Notes under the pieces: model-generated
Told to the model about the DNA's origin: nothing
Database searches by the model: none
Seen by the model: only the letters and a program-made list of their open reading frames with translations
In this document: positions 9,820-20,550 of the stretch, in pieces
Layout: every line of letters begins with the position of its first letter
Numbering within the stretch: position 1 is the first letter of the stretch
Position numbers and translations under genes: made by a program
Assembly (NCBI GenBank): GCA_020057555.1
Contig: JAGVFR010000028.1
Coordinates: 12,444 to 76,443 of the forward strand
Direction: 5' to 3'
DNA from: a bacterium
GTDB lineage: Bacteria > Patescibacteriota > Patescibacteriia > UBA9934 > GWF2-40-263
DNA: 64,000 bases

Positions 9820-11502
9820 GCCACCGCTACTAGTTCAAGCACCCAAATCATCCAAACACTCTCCCGAGGGAGGCCTCGTGAGAGTTTTCATTACGCTTGA
9901 AGTTAGACGTCCATTACAATTGAATAACATCACATAATATGAACTTCTCTGTTGTGTGATTGTAATGTTTGTTCACGCAAAGAAGCCTTCTCAGTGGCCC
10001 TTTGCAATGACAGAATCCTTTGCTCCTTCTGGAGCATTGGATCTTTACTGAGAGTTTGATCCTGGCTCAGGACGAACGCTGGCGGCAGGTCTAAGGCATG
10101 CAAGTCGAACGGTTTGTTGTTGCCCGCAAGGGTGATGGCGAATAGTGGCAAACGGGAGCGTAACACATTGGTAACCTACCCCGAGCTCGTGAATAATTCA
10201 CCGAAAGGTGGACTAATACACGATATTGATGAGGGGACGCAAGTCATTCTCATTGAAAGCTTCGGCGGCACGGGAGGGGCCTATGCATTATCAGCTAGTT
10301 GGTGAGGTAATGGCTCACCAAGGCTATGACGATTACCGGGCGCGAGAGCGTGGCCCGGCTCACTGGGACTGAGACACGGCCCAGACACCTACGGGTGGCT
10401 GCAGTCAAGAATATTCCTCAATGCACGAAAGTGTGAAGGAGCTATGCCGCGTGCCAGACGAAGGCCTTCGGGTCGTAAATGGCTTTTATAAGGGACGAAC
10501 AAATGACGGTACCTTATGAATAAGGGGCTGCTAATCACGTGCCAGCAGCAGCGGTAATACGTGAGCCCCAAGCGTTGTCCGGATTTATTGGGCGTAAAGA
10601 GTCTGTAGGCTGTTCGATGTGTCATTCGTCAAATCTTCAGGCTCAACCTGGAGGCTGCGAGTGAGACTATCGGACTCGAGAACGGGAGAGGTGCATGGAA
10701 TTGCCGGTGTAGCGGTAAAATGCGTTAATATCGGCAAGAACACCAAAGGCGAAGGCAGTGCACTGGAACGTTTCTGACGCTGAGAGACGAAAGCGTGGGT
10801 AGCGAATGGGATTAGATACCCCAGTAGTCCACGCCGTAAACTATGAATGCTAGGTTTCGGGAGTATCGACCCTCTCGGAGCCGTTCAACCAAGTTAACAC
10901 GTTAAGCATTCCGCCTGGGAAGTACGATCGCAAGATTAAAACTCAAAGGAATAGACGGGGACCCGCACAAGCGGTGGAGCGTGCGGTTTAATTCGATGGT
11001 AAGCGAGGAACCTTACCTGGGCTTGAAAGACAGCTGCAATCCTGATGAAAGTCGGGACGCCTTCGAGGGTGCTGTCTAGGTGCTGCATGGTTGTCGTCAG
11101 CTCGTGGTGTGAACTGTTCCCTTAAGTGGGGTAACGAGCGCAACCCTTATCCCGCGTTATAAGTGTCACGGGAGACTGCCCTCGCAAGAGGGAGGAAGGT
11201 GAGGATGACGTCAAATCAGCATGGCCCTTATGTCCAGGGCGACACGCGCGCTACAATGGCCGGTACAATGGGCAGCCAAATCGTAAGATGGAGCTAATCC
11301 CACAAAGCCGGTCCCAGTTCAGATTGAGGTCTGCAACTCGACCTCATGAAGCCGGAATCGCTAGTAACGGCCGATCAGCCACGCGGCCGTGAATACGTTC
11401 TCGGGTCTTGTACTCACCGCCCGTCACGTCAAGAGAGTTGGCAACACCCGAACGTCGCCGTAGGGCGACGGAAGGTGGGGCTGATGATAAGGACGAAGTC
11501 GT

Positions 11503-12325
11503 AGAGTGAATCTCATTTGTTGCGACTCTCGACAGTAATGTCGATGTTAAAATCTGACTATATCGGTGAAGCCCTATTCCCTCTCTCGGGAAGGGTAATA
11601 CCGAGGGAAGCTTTTATACGATTATGGCAAACAGAAAAGAGTATCACCTAATGCGTCAGTCGGTGCATCTCACCGATTATCAACGTTCGATGCTTATCGG
11701 AACACTTCTTGGAGATGGAAGTCTCGTTGAGACAACATCAAAAAAGAACCTCCGATTAAAAATCGAGTATTGCGATGCTCAACGTGATTATGTCTTCTGG
11801 AAATATGAATGCCTTAAATCGTTTGTCTTAACTCCTCCGAAGTTCCAAATCAGGAACCGCTCGTGGATGTTCAAGACCATTAGTCATCCAGAATTCACGA
11901 TGCTCGGCGATCTCTTCTATGAGAAACGTCGAAAAATCGTACCAGTGGAAATTATGATCCTTCTCAAGGATCCGCTTTCCCTGGCAGTGTGGTTCATGGA
12001 CGATGGATCGAAAAATAGAAATGATGGGTTGATTCTAAATACGCAATGTTTCACTAATAATGAAACAAAGCGATTGAAGAACTGCCTTTCAACTAATTTT
12101 GGCATCGACCATGTTTCACTCCAAAAAGATAAATCTGGGTGGCGCTTGTATGTTCAATCGGCATCGTCCGGTCATATGACACAAGTCATGAAGCCTTACG
12201 TCCTGCCGTGTCTAACATACAAATTGATAAGCCCTGTAGAGACTACACGTCGGCCCCGTCGCCTAATTTCGTAGGCAGGCGGGTGAAGATATAGTCCATG
12301 CCCGGAGTAATCCGTGGAATCACAG
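11503..12325 (+). mobile_element. Group I intron in 16S after U1498 (E. coli numbering)
   Basis: Splits GAAGTCGT|AACAAGG. Exon AGTCGT pairs with GCGACT (11522-11527) giving the U-G splice pair; TTGTT can form P10 with exon AACAA; P7 is GACTA 12241 / TAGTC 12292; terminal G at 12325. Confidence 0.95.
11624..12274 (+). CDS. Intron-encoded LAGLIDADG homing endonuclease (two-motif)
   Basis: LIGTLLGDGSL and LAVWFMDDGS motifs, LNTQCFT. Confidence 0.93.
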   Translation: MANRKEYHLMRQSVHLTDYQRSMLIGTLLGDGSLVETTSKKNLRLKIEYCDAQRDYVFWKYECLKSFVLTPPKFQIRNRSWMFKTISHPEFTMLGDLFYEKRRKIVPVEIMILLKDPLSLAVWFMDDGSKNRNDGLILNTQCFTNNETKRLKNCLSTNFGIDHVSLQKDKSGWRLYVQSASSGHMTQVMKPYVLPCLTYKLISPVETTRRPRRLIS

Positions 12326-12574
12326 AACAAGGCACCCGTAGCGGAAGCTGTGGGTGGATCACCTCCTTTTTAGGGATATTTTCTTCTGAAGCTTTATGCG
12401 GATGAGGAACATGATCCCAGGTCGAGATCAATCTATCAGGTTGGTCGGACTCGGCCCTCGGGCCGAGAAAATATTCGGACAAACATTGCAATCATAGAGT
12501 AGAGAAGGATTGAAATTCATCCTGAATTAAAAATACACCCTGAGCTAGTCGAAGGGTGTATTTGTTTTATTATG

Positions 12575-12649
<75 letters not shown>

Positions 12650-12706
12650 AAATATATTGCCTGAGCCTGTCGAAGGCTGCAGGGCTATTTCGATCTAAAA
12701 TTTTAG

Positions 12707-13150
12707 CTACCTCGGCGTTGTGTTCTCTTCTGAATCCTCAACGTGTACTGAACGCAGTAACACAAGCGCGATAAGACCAAGTACAGTCGCAACTGTTGCA
12801 AGCGCAAACATTCCCATTCCAACCGTAATCCCGATTCCAGCAACAAGCCACAAACTTGCAGCTGTTGTCAGACCTTGAACATGGCCGCGTGATTGAATGA
12901 TCATTCCAGCTCCGATAAATCCAATTCCTGGCAACACGCTCGAGATGATTCTTGAAATATCTGTCGCTGATGTCGCGCCTTCTTGTCGAACAATTTCTAA
13001 AGAGACGATCGTTATAAGCGCTGTTCCAAGCCCAACCAACATATTCGTCCTCATACCTGACGGTTTGTGGCGATACTCGCGTTCATATCCAATCGCGCCA
13101 GCTAGAATAATAGCGACAATAAGACGAACGATCATGTCTGAAAATGGCAT
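12707..13150 (-). CDS. MgtC/SapB family membrane protein
   Basis: IGYERE...GMRTNMLV...GIGFIGAG...GLTTAASLW. Confidence 0.93.
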   Translation of the reverse strand: MPFSDMIVRLIVAIILAGAIGYEREYRHKPSGMRTNMLVGLGTALITIVSLEIVRQEGATSATDISRIISSVLPGIGFIGAGMIIQSRGHVQGLTTAASLWLVAGIGITVGMGMFALATVATVLGLIALVLLRSVHVEDSEENTTPR

Positions 13151-13280
13151 AGTTTTGTGTAAATAAGGAGCGGAAAAAGTATACCAATGCCAGCAAAAAA
13201 TGAAAAGCCCTGAACCACGTTTGGTTCAGGGCGAAAATCTATGCGTGGAAACACGCAACAAAACTGTTGATTTGTAAGGA

Positions 13281-14507
13281 TTACGGCATAAATTCCTCTT
13301 GGGGGATCAAAATAATCAAATCACGTTTACGAATGGAAAAAAATATAAGCGCAATCACGCAAAGTCCAATCGAAACTAAAAAAACAAATTCAAGATTGAT
13401 TTTCGCGATCCATCCGGCAAAAAATAAAATAGGGATATCAAGTATGGCCTTAAAAACATTCAGATTTGAAAGAGTCGTCGCACGACTTCGAGAGTTGATG
13501 CGACTGTTCATCGTGCTAGCGAATACGGGTTCGCGAACAGTTTCCAAAACGATCGTTGTTAATATAAAAACAAAAAGGAGCCATGAGATATCTGTTAAAA
13601 AAACACCGACAAGACTCACGATCATTAAAGCGATACTCCAAAAAAGAGCGCGTGTTGTGCCAAGGATCTTTTCAATTCGGCCGATTTGTTGATGACCAAT
13701 AAAACAAATTCCATGCATTATAAAATAAAAAACACCAAGCCAAAAAATACTTACGCCGTGTTCATAAAGAAATGGCTGATAAGCTCGCCAAACAAGAAAG
13801 CTCGCAATGAATATCAAAAGCTTGTTCATCGAGGCACGAAAAAGAAATGGCTCGTGTAAGATCGTCTCAAAGCTTTCTCGAAAAATTCCTTTTTCATATT
13901 CCGTGACATTCTTAGTGTGCTTTGGTTCAGTTAAAAAGAAAAAGACAAGTAACCCAGCAATGACTGCAAAAATATTTACCCAAATGAGAATACTAAATTG
14001 AAACTCTGTAAGATCTTTGGCAATCCAAGCACCAAGAATTGGAACAATGATATTAAAAAAATGCTGTGCTGAATGAAGACGTCCGTTGTGCTTTGTCATT
14101 TCTTTGTCTTCCCCAAGCTCCTTTAGGGAATCATAAAGAAACGCTTCTTCTGTTCCAGAGAAACAAGAAAAAGAAGCTGACATGATAACAAAGACAATTA
14201 CGAAAGCTGGAAAGCTTGTCGCGAACAATGTTGCGACCCAAGAAAGCGCAAGTAAAAATGCTCCAAGAATCAGTGTTCGCTTTCTACCAAATCTATCCGC
14301 AAGATAGCCAGTTGGAACTTCAAAAAGAAGAGTGGAGAGCGACCAAACAATACTCAAATAAAAAATTTCATTGATCTCGACACCGCGGTGTAAATAAAAA
14401 AGAGTAACTATTGCATTAAGAATGTTTAATCTAACAAACGCTTTTCCCCAAAAAAGAAGATTCTGATTTCTTTTAAGATGTTCTGTTCGATACATATGTT
14501 CAATCAT
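13281..14507 (-). CDS. Major facilitator superfamily transporter
   Basis: FEVPTGYLADRFGRKRTL (motif A), ~12 hydrophobic segments. Start uncertain (14495-14525). Confidence 0.9.
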   Translation of the reverse strand: MIEHMYRTEHLKRNQNLLFWGKAFVRLNILNAIVTLFYLHRGVEINEIFYLSIVWSLSTLLFEVPTGYLADRFGRKRTLILGAFLLALSWVATLFATSFPAFVIVFVIMSASFSCFSGTEEAFLYDSLKELGEDKEMTKHNGRLHSAQHFFNIIVPILGAWIAKDLTEFQFSILIWVNIFAVIAGLLVFFFLTEPKHTKNVTEYEKGIFRESFETILHEPFLFRASMNKLLIFIASFLVWRAYQPFLYEHGVSIFWLGVFYFIMHGICFIGHQQIGRIEKILGTTRALFWSIALMIVSLVGVFLTDISWLLFVFILTTIVLETVREPVFASTMNSRINSRSRATTLSNLNVFKAILDIPILFFAGWIAKINLEFVFLVSIGLCVIALIFFSIRKRDLIILIPQEEFMP

Positions 14508-14552
14508 ACTAATACGATCCGTCAAAAATAAAAAACCGCCTTATACGACGGT

Positions 14553-14629
14553 TGGTGGGCGTGGATGGACTCGAACCATCGACCTCAACATTATCAGTGT
14601 TGCGCTCTAACCACCTGAGCTACACGCCC
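14553..14629 (-). tRNA. tRNA-Ile(GAT)
   Basis: GGGCGTG...CTGATAA...GGTTCGAGTCC...CACGCCC-ACCA. Confidence 0.98.
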
Positions 14630-14664
14630 GAATGAGTGAAATGGCCAAAATTTGACGAATTACT

Positions 14665-14717
14665 GCCTTCGACCCGCCTGCGCTGAAGCTTCGGACGGGC
14701 AGGCTGGCTCAGGCAAT
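14665..14717 (-). repeat. Nested REP-like element
   Basis: Plus-strand reading: GCCTTCGAC...GCTCAGGCAAT family copy interrupted by CCGCCTGCGCTGAAGCTTCGGACGGGCAGG. Other family copies at 6831, 7264, 12536, 12656, 44619. Confidence 0.7.
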
Positions 14718-14840
14718 AACGAAGAATGCGACAGCAATATAACAAAACAATGAAAAACTGACAAGAGAGATTCTTCCGTGTGTGGAGATTCAAAAATTAT
14801 AAAACCGCCCTTGTCTAAGAGCGGTTTTTATATTGAAAGA

Positions 14841-15359
14841 TTATCGGCTAGCGATGATTTCATCTGTATCTTCGCTCTCGCACGCGCGAATGCGAATCAC
14901 TCCATTGGTTTCACGTTCAAGTGTGTATCCAGTTCCCTCTTCTCCATTCGCGCTCCCATCATCCCATGTCACACTTCCAGCCGGACCAACTGGAACATCT
15001 TCCAAATACTGATCCACCAATCCTGACAAATCAGCACAAGTTGTATCACCTGTCACTGCAGTATCGCAGGCCGCGTTATTATCATCACATCCAGCCGCCA
15101 TTGAACCGTCAACTATCATATACACACTTCCTGCTGTTGTGCCTGAAACAGCCGCAAGATGTGAACCATTATTATCAACTTGATATAACAATATCGAAGA
15201 TAGAATCTCCTGCACATCGTTTTGACGTACCGCATCGCGGGCTTGTTTGAAACGCGTTGCAGGATCAAGCGAGACGAATACGACAGCCACCAAGATGCCG
15301 ATGATCGCTATAACAACTAGCAATTCAATAAGAGTAAAACCTTTTTCATTATTTCTCAT
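14841..15359 (-). CDS. Type IV major pilin
   Basis: EKG|FTLIELLVVIAIIGIL prepilin signal; followed by a terminator hairpin at ~14800-14830. Confidence 0.93.
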   Translation of the reverse strand: MRNNEKGFTLIELLVVIAIIGILVAVVFVSLDPATRFKQARDAVRQNDVQEILSSILLYQVDNNGSHLAAVSGTTAGSVYMIVDGSMAAGCDDNNAACDTAVTGDTTCADLSGLVDQYLEDVPVGPAGSVTWDDGSANGEEGTGYTLERETNGVIRIRACESEDTDEIIASR

Positions 15360-15362
15360 ATC

Positions 15363-16373
15363 CTATTTTAGTTTTTTATTATTCAAAAAATTATGTTGAT
15401 AAGTATATTTCCACGGAACTGCTGATCTTAAAGCCGCTCCTATTGCCGGCCCAAATGTTTGTATTTTTTTATCATCAAGACCTTTTATTGAAAAAGCGTC
15501 TCCGAGTTTAAACACCGATGAATCTTTCCCAATGATCTTATTGATCTCACTAACAGCTTGTTTGTCCAGTAAATCTAAACCAGAGATATACACAGATGTG
15601 ATTGCCTGCTCATGATTGTTAAAGTATACCAGAATTTCCTTTATTGTTTCAATAATGCTTGTTTCAATTCCCTTTATTGGAAGTTTCCGATTAACAGTTT
15701 TGACTCCAAGTTGTTTGAATGAATTTGAACGCGAATACACATTTGAACCTTTCAATGTATAAACAGTTACAGAAATCCAAGTATGCCCAACATCAACAAG
15801 AGCAATTAGATCAGTAGGTTTTGTCGGTAAATGCTCCTTGGTACGATACTTGTTAATAAATCGCAAAATTGCCTTGCTATTTGTCTCTGTTGCAATAACT
15901 TTGAATGGTGTGACACTTACTATTTCTCGAAATCCATCTGCCACATCTGAATCAACCGCATATACTGTTGTTCTCACACCTTCTGCTTCTTGGGACCCTT
16001 GAGAAATTGCCGTTTCTGCGTGTGAAAATAAAATCGGAATCTCACGTTGCGCAATGCTTAACGACTTTTCTTTTAATTTTTCTCCTTTCAACTCCTTGCC
16101 AGCAATAAAGCTATGAAAAAAAACGCGTGATTCCGGCAACAAAATTGTTGCGCGAAGCGGAGCATCTTTAAGAGATGCTGAATTAAACTCCTTCTGAAAT
16201 AAACTTTGAACTTCTTTAAGTTTCTCGACTTTTTCATCAACAATAAGTCCGTCCGGTATTTCTATTTCAATAAGTTCTTTCACAACCCCAAATATCGATA
16301 CGCGTGCGAGACGTATATGATGTTCTGAAATATCTATTCCGACTCCTGTTATTAGTTTGCTAAAAAATCGCAT
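15363..16373 (-). CDS. PilM-like actin-fold pilus assembly protein
   Basis: VGIDISEHHIRL, ALVDVG, VYISG, AIGAALR; lies in the pilus operon. Confidence 0.8.
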   Translation of the reverse strand: MRFFSKLITGVGIDISEHHIRLARVSIFGVVKELIEIEIPDGLIVDEKVEKLKEVQSLFQKEFNSASLKDAPLRATILLPESRVFFHSFIAGKELKGEKLKEKSLSIAQREIPILFSHAETAISQGSQEAEGVRTTVYAVDSDVADGFREIVSVTPFKVIATETNSKAILRFINKYRTKEHLPTKPTDLIALVDVGHTWISVTVYTLKGSNVYSRSNSFKQLGVKTVNRKLPIKGIETSIIETIKEILVYFNNHEQAITSVYISGLDLLDKQAVSEINKIIGKDSSVFKLGDAFSIKGLDDKKIQTFGPAIGAALRSAVPWKYTYQHNFLNNKKLK

Positions 16374-16374
16374 A

Positions 16375-16797
16375 TCAATTTACTTCTGCCCAATCTGTTA
16401 TATCAATCGATGTCCCAGTAACAGTAACCCCAACCTGAACTGATCTTGTGTAATCATCGCGCACAGCTTCGACATCAATCACGCAATTTCCACATGGAAC
16501 ACCTGTAATAATAATTGAACATTGCGCTGATCCAATTGTTAAACTTCCGCCACTGTAATTTGAATCGCGACTTAAACGAACCAACGCCTCTTCCGCGCAA
16601 CTTTCGGCTGAAAGCAAAGCGTCATTGCTTGCTTGCGCAGAATATCCAATATCCAGATTATCAGTTCCTATCATCGCTGTCGTGCTTATTACAATCAAAG
16701 CCATCGCAAGTACAATAATCATAACTGTGATTGCGGCCGCGCCGCGCTTGTCATCAATCCAATGGAATTCTGATGGCTGTTTGAAAATTTTCAGCAT
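16375..16797 (-). CDS. Minor pilin, PilX-like
   Basis: KRG|AAAITVM (no Glu5), ALLSAESCAEEALVRL. Confidence 0.75.
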   Translation of the reverse strand: MLKIFKQPSEFHWIDDKRGAAAITVMIIVLAMALIVISTTAMIGTDNLDIGYSAQASNDALLSAESCAEEALVRLSRDSNYSGGSLTIGSAQCSIIITGVPCGNCVIDVEAVRDDYTRSVQVGVTVTGTSIDITDWAEVN

Positions 16798-17272
16798 AAT
16801 CAAAAAGGTCTGAATCTGAAGGATTGATAGAAGTAACAGTAAACTTCACCTGTATAATACCAATGTCTTCAACTGTTGTCAGATTTGAAAAAACTAAATT
16901 TGTTATCTTCACATCGTTTGAGCTCACAAGTACATTTCCTCCGTCTGCTTCGTTAATCTGAAACTGTCCATCATCTGAAGTAAGAGAAAAGACCGTCGGA
17001 TCAACACCAACGTCCACCATATTCAATGAAAGAACGCCCGGGTCCACACCAAATGTCGAACCACCAACATTAATTCCTTCCGCATGTCTTGCCGCGTCAT
17101 TTAATCTGTCTTGTATTAACCGCGCGTTTGCGAGCACTTCTGAAACAGCGGAAATTTTTGATCTGCTCGTAATTAAATTCATCATAAACGAAACCATGGT
17201 GACCATAATGACACCGACGATGGTAATGTAAACCACAAGTTCAACTAATGTGACACCGCGTTGATCTTTCAT
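16754..17272 (-). CDS. Minor pilin, PilW-like
   Basis: MKDQRG|VTLVELVVYI prepilin motif. Confidence 0.85.
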   Translation of the reverse strand: MKDQRGVTLVELVVYITIVGVIMVTMVSFMMNLITSRSKISAVSEVLANARLIQDRLNDAARHAEGINVGGSTFGVDPGVLSLNMVDVGVDPTVFSLTSDDGQFQINEADGGNVLVSSNDVKITNLVFSNLTTVEDIGIIQVKFTVTSINPSDSDLFDYAENFQTAIRIPLD

Positions 17273-17274
17273 GT

Positions 17275-20106
17275 TTATTGTGTGTATTGAAGCGTAACAT
17301 CTTCCAAAACAGGAGTTGATAAACCCGAACCTATTAAGTACGCTTTCCACTGAATCCACTGCGTGCCGCTTGCGCCAGGATCAACAGAGATTGGAAAATT
17401 CGAAGTTGAGTAAGTGGTGTTTGAAGTCCCATCTGATCCAACCCATTTTGCGGTGGCAAGATTCGCTTCAGAGTTTGCTGTGCGAATTCTAAAAAACACA
17501 TCTCCTGTTCCGGTTTCACTCCAGCTAATTATACTCCACATTGTACCAACAGCACCTGACTCAAAAGCCTGAGACGTCATTGTTCCTTCGCGAGAGTATT
17601 GCGATGGCGGAGACCCTTCTCCAATAATCTGTAACTCCATTGTGTCGTTATCTGTTGCCAAAAACGCGTTAGTACCATTGAAATAGACTCCGTTGGCATT
17701 GGCATTAAGATCAAAAACCACGTCCTCGATTGGACTTGACGGAGTAGAAATATCCCAACGTTGAAATTCATTATTAGCTTTACCGCTGGCCATGTAGACG
17801 TAATTTGAATTATCCATATAAACCCCAGAAACTGTTCCACCGACTTCTCCTTCGCCAAATAAGGATGGAGATATTGGTGTTGTGATATCCAATACCGCCA
17901 ATTCACCAGAAGAAGCGCTATTTGCGCGACCGATTGTCAATACAGAACCTGACAACGCAACAGTGTTGGCATTTGTATTTGTTGATAGATTATAATTTGC
18001 GGCCTCACTTGGTGTCGCTGGCGTTGCAACATCAAACACAACAAGCTCTTTGCTATTGTCGCTTGTCGCGCCATACACATAATTTCCTGAAACTGTTAAA
18101 TCGTTAACATCATCTGAAAACTGAAGCTCTCCAATTTTCACAGGAGAAGCCGGTGTTGAAATATCAATAATTGCGAACTCTTCTTTGGTTCCTTGTATAC
18201 GACCAATGTAAGCATAATTTCCGCTAATCGCTACTGTGGTAGCGTCTTGCGTTCCATTCAAACTTAAACTCCCTATACGCGCCGGAGAAGTTGGATTGCT
18301 AACGTCAACTACATCAAGCTCGCGCGAATTATTAGCTGTGGCAAGATAAGCGATTGATCCTGAAACAACTATGTCGTTTACATCAGAACCAACATCAAAT
18401 GAACCAAGATATGTCGGACTTGATGGAATTGTAACATCATAAATCCAAAGCTCGTTAAGCGATGCGTTGTTCTGCGTCACAAGATACGCGTAATTTCCGC
18501 TTACATATATCTCGTTCGCATTATGAGCCCCACTTTTATCAACAGACGCGATCAATGTTGGAGTCGTCCATCCTCCTGATTGAACCCGCACTATCATAAG
18601 GTCGTTTGAATTTGACGCACTGCCAACAAAAACCGAACCGCCATATACCGCAACTGATTCTGCAATATCGGTTCCGGTTATATTCATTACAATTTCCTTG
18701 CTGAAACTAGACAAATTTATCACCATGATTTCTTCAGAACCATTGTTGGTGGCTAGAAACGCGTATTCTTGGTTAGTATCTATGTCTATTCCAAATATTG
18801 ACGCACCCAATTCCAACGAATTAGTAACGGACATAGCAGTTGGGTCTGAAATATCAACCAGCGCAAAATCGTAACTTGTTCCATCGTCTCTGGCAACAAA
18901 TAGATTATCGTCAACCAAATATAATTCTCCTGCGTTATCTGTTCCGTCCATATCAAGCGTGCCGACCTGCGAACCATCTAAAATCAGAAAGGAGAAAACC
19001 TCTTGCGTATTATTGTCTGATGTTGCAAAAATATGTGTCGCGCTAGCCACCATGTCGTTAAACGACGCGCTCACATTTGTAGAAAGCAAAAAATTTGGAC
19101 TTGAAGGGATTGTTATGTCGTACATCACAAGTTCATCATTCAAAGAAGAATCTCTCCCTATAACCAATATGTCGCTGAAAATGGCAACAGTATTCGTGTT
19201 TGTAACCCCAGGCAGATCAATCGTTGACACTAAAGCCATTGTTGAAAGATTAATGATACTCACCTCTGCTGAACTGTCATTTGTCGCAATGTAAGCATAA
19301 CCATCTGACACAACGAAATCGTTCGCGTTTTGAATATCATATCCAGCGATGAATGTTGGAGTGTTCCCAGACACATCTGAAGTATCATACGCGACAAAAT
19401 CGTCCCCTGCTGTGTTGTTGGCGAGGAGATATAAGATGTCATTTATATCATCAAGATATGATGTTTCCCAATTTCCGCTTCCCGGCAAATCAATTGAATG
19501 CTGTACATATGTGTTATCCCAATCTCTGTCATGCGCGCGTAACTGTACTTCGCCATTGTCAGATGTTGTAATTGTTGTGCTGTTCTCAACACCTGAAGTA
19601 AAATTAGCTGTTAGTGTTTGTATCCAAGACAAATTATCCCAGTTTGTCACATAAAAAACATCGTCAATGTTTTGAATTTTGCCGGAAAGAGTTTCCCATG
19701 TGACATTCACGGTAATTTTTTTTGTGTTTGCGTCAAAAACTCCTAATGCAAAAATATCCCCAATAAGTGAACCTAAACGGGTCACATCTTCAACTGTTAT
19801 TGTGCGCGTATAAATAGAATCAATTGTCTCTGAAGTTCCGCTAAACGCATAATACCCTGACCCAGTGCTTAGCCCATGCGTTCCGTTTATTATCTCTGAC
19901 CAATCCTGATCGCGAATAGACCTCACTGCTTCAATACCTTCTTTAATATATCCTGACGCAACAACATATTCAGTTCCTTGTTTTGATGCGCGTAATGATG
20001 TTACAACTGATCCAATCAAACCTGTTCCAAGAACGCCAAATAAAAAAGTGACGATAAGCACTTCCAAAAGAAGAGTCCCTGATTTTGATTTCAATATGGA
20101 ACGCAT
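17275..20106 (-). CDS. Large pilin-like adhesin with LVIVD-type beta-propeller repeats
   Basis: KSG|TLLLEVL prepilin signal; repeated VSGNYAY...L.I.DISxPxSP units. Confidence 0.85.
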   Translation of the reverse strand: MRSILKSKSGTLLLEVLIVTFLFGVLGTGLIGSVVTSLRASKQGTEYVVASGYIKEGIEAVRSIRDQDWSEIINGTHGLSTGSGYYAFSGTSETIDSIYTRTITVEDVTRLGSLIGDIFALGVFDANTKKITVNVTWETLSGKIQNIDDVFYVTNWDNLSWIQTLTANFTSGVENSTTITTSDNGEVQLRAHDRDWDNTYVQHSIDLPGSGNWETSYLDDINDILYLLANNTAGDDFVAYDTSDVSGNTPTFIAGYDIQNANDFVVSDGYAYIATNDSSAEVSIINLSTMALVSTIDLPGVTNTNTVAIFSDILVIGRDSSLNDELVMYDITIPSSPNFLLSTNVSASFNDMVASATHIFATSDNNTQEVFSFLILDGSQVGTLDMDGTDNAGELYLVDDNLFVARDDGTSYDFALVDISDPTAMSVTNSLELGASIFGIDIDTNQEYAFLATNNGSEEIMVINLSSFSKEIVMNITGTDIAESVAVYGGSVFVGSASNSNDLMIVRVQSGGWTTPTLIASVDKSGAHNANEIYVSGNYAYLVTQNNASLNELWIYDVTIPSSPTYLGSFDVGSDVNDIVVSGSIAYLATANNSRELDVVDVSNPTSPARIGSLSLNGTQDATTVAISGNYAYIGRIQGTKEEFAIIDISTPASPVKIGELQFSDDVNDLTVSGNYVYGATSDNSKELVVFDVATPATPSEAANYNLSTNTNANTVALSGSVLTIGRANSASSGELAVLDITTPISPSLFGEGEVGGTVSGVYMDNSNYVYMASGKANNEFQRWDISTPSSPIEDVVFDLNANANGVYFNGTNAFLATDNDTMELQIIGEGSPPSQYSREGTMTSQAFESGAVGTMWSIISWSETGTGDVFFRIRTANSEANLATAKWVGSDGTSNTTYSTSNFPISVDPGASGTQWIQWKAYLIGSGLSTPVLEDVTLQYTQ

Positions 20107-20110
20107 ATTT

Positions 20111-20548
20111 TTACTGTTCCACTAAACCGACTGCATTCACTGACAACACTCGAGTTTGCCCTGTTGTGCTATGTGTGAGTGTGATCGTGCCTGTGTTGCT
20201 TGTCGCTCCTGTTCGAAATTGAAAGACAACATCGCTTAGTCCGCTCAAGACAACTGCTGAAGGAAGTTCATGAACCTCATCATACGAGATATCACGACTT
20301 GCGTAATCAGTCCCGGCAAAAAGAGTAGCTTGTGTTGATGTAAAATGCGCTCCCCATACACTGTTGGCATGTTGACTGACTGTTCGCGCTTGTGCCTTGC
20401 GAAGCATCATCTCAATAACATCTGCTTCAACTTTAATCTGGCTTGAAGGAAGCGCGCTTCGAGATAGTGTGCCAACAATCGCAAAGAGAATTACAAAAAT
20501 TGAAATAACTATAAGAAGTTCAATAATCGTAAAACCTTTCTGACTCAT
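20111..20548 (-). CDS. Minor pilin, FimT/GspH-like
   Basis: QKG|FTIIELL; C-terminal GTITL...LSVNAVG. Confidence 0.85.
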   Translation of the reverse strand: MSQKGFTIIELLIVISIFVILFAIVGTLSRSALPSSQIKVEADVIEMMLRKAQARTVSQHANSVWGAHFTSTQATLFAGTDYASRDISYDEVHELPSAVVLSGLSDVVFQFRTGATSNTGTITLTHSTTGQTRVLSVNAVGLVEQ

Positions 20549-20550
20549 AA

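Larger units (their letters stand above)
10044..12369 (+). rRNA. rrs: 16S rRNA interrupted by a group I intron (exons ~10044-11502 and 12326-12369)
   Basis: AGAGTTTGATCCTGGCTCAG at 10051, conserved internal motifs, GGATCACCTCCTTT end. Flanking processing stem 9944-9974 pairs with 12477-12507. Confidence 0.99.

Noticed and set aside
9930-10625. Short ORFs in and around the 16S gene
   Set aside because: They overlap the rRNA and its leader; spurious.
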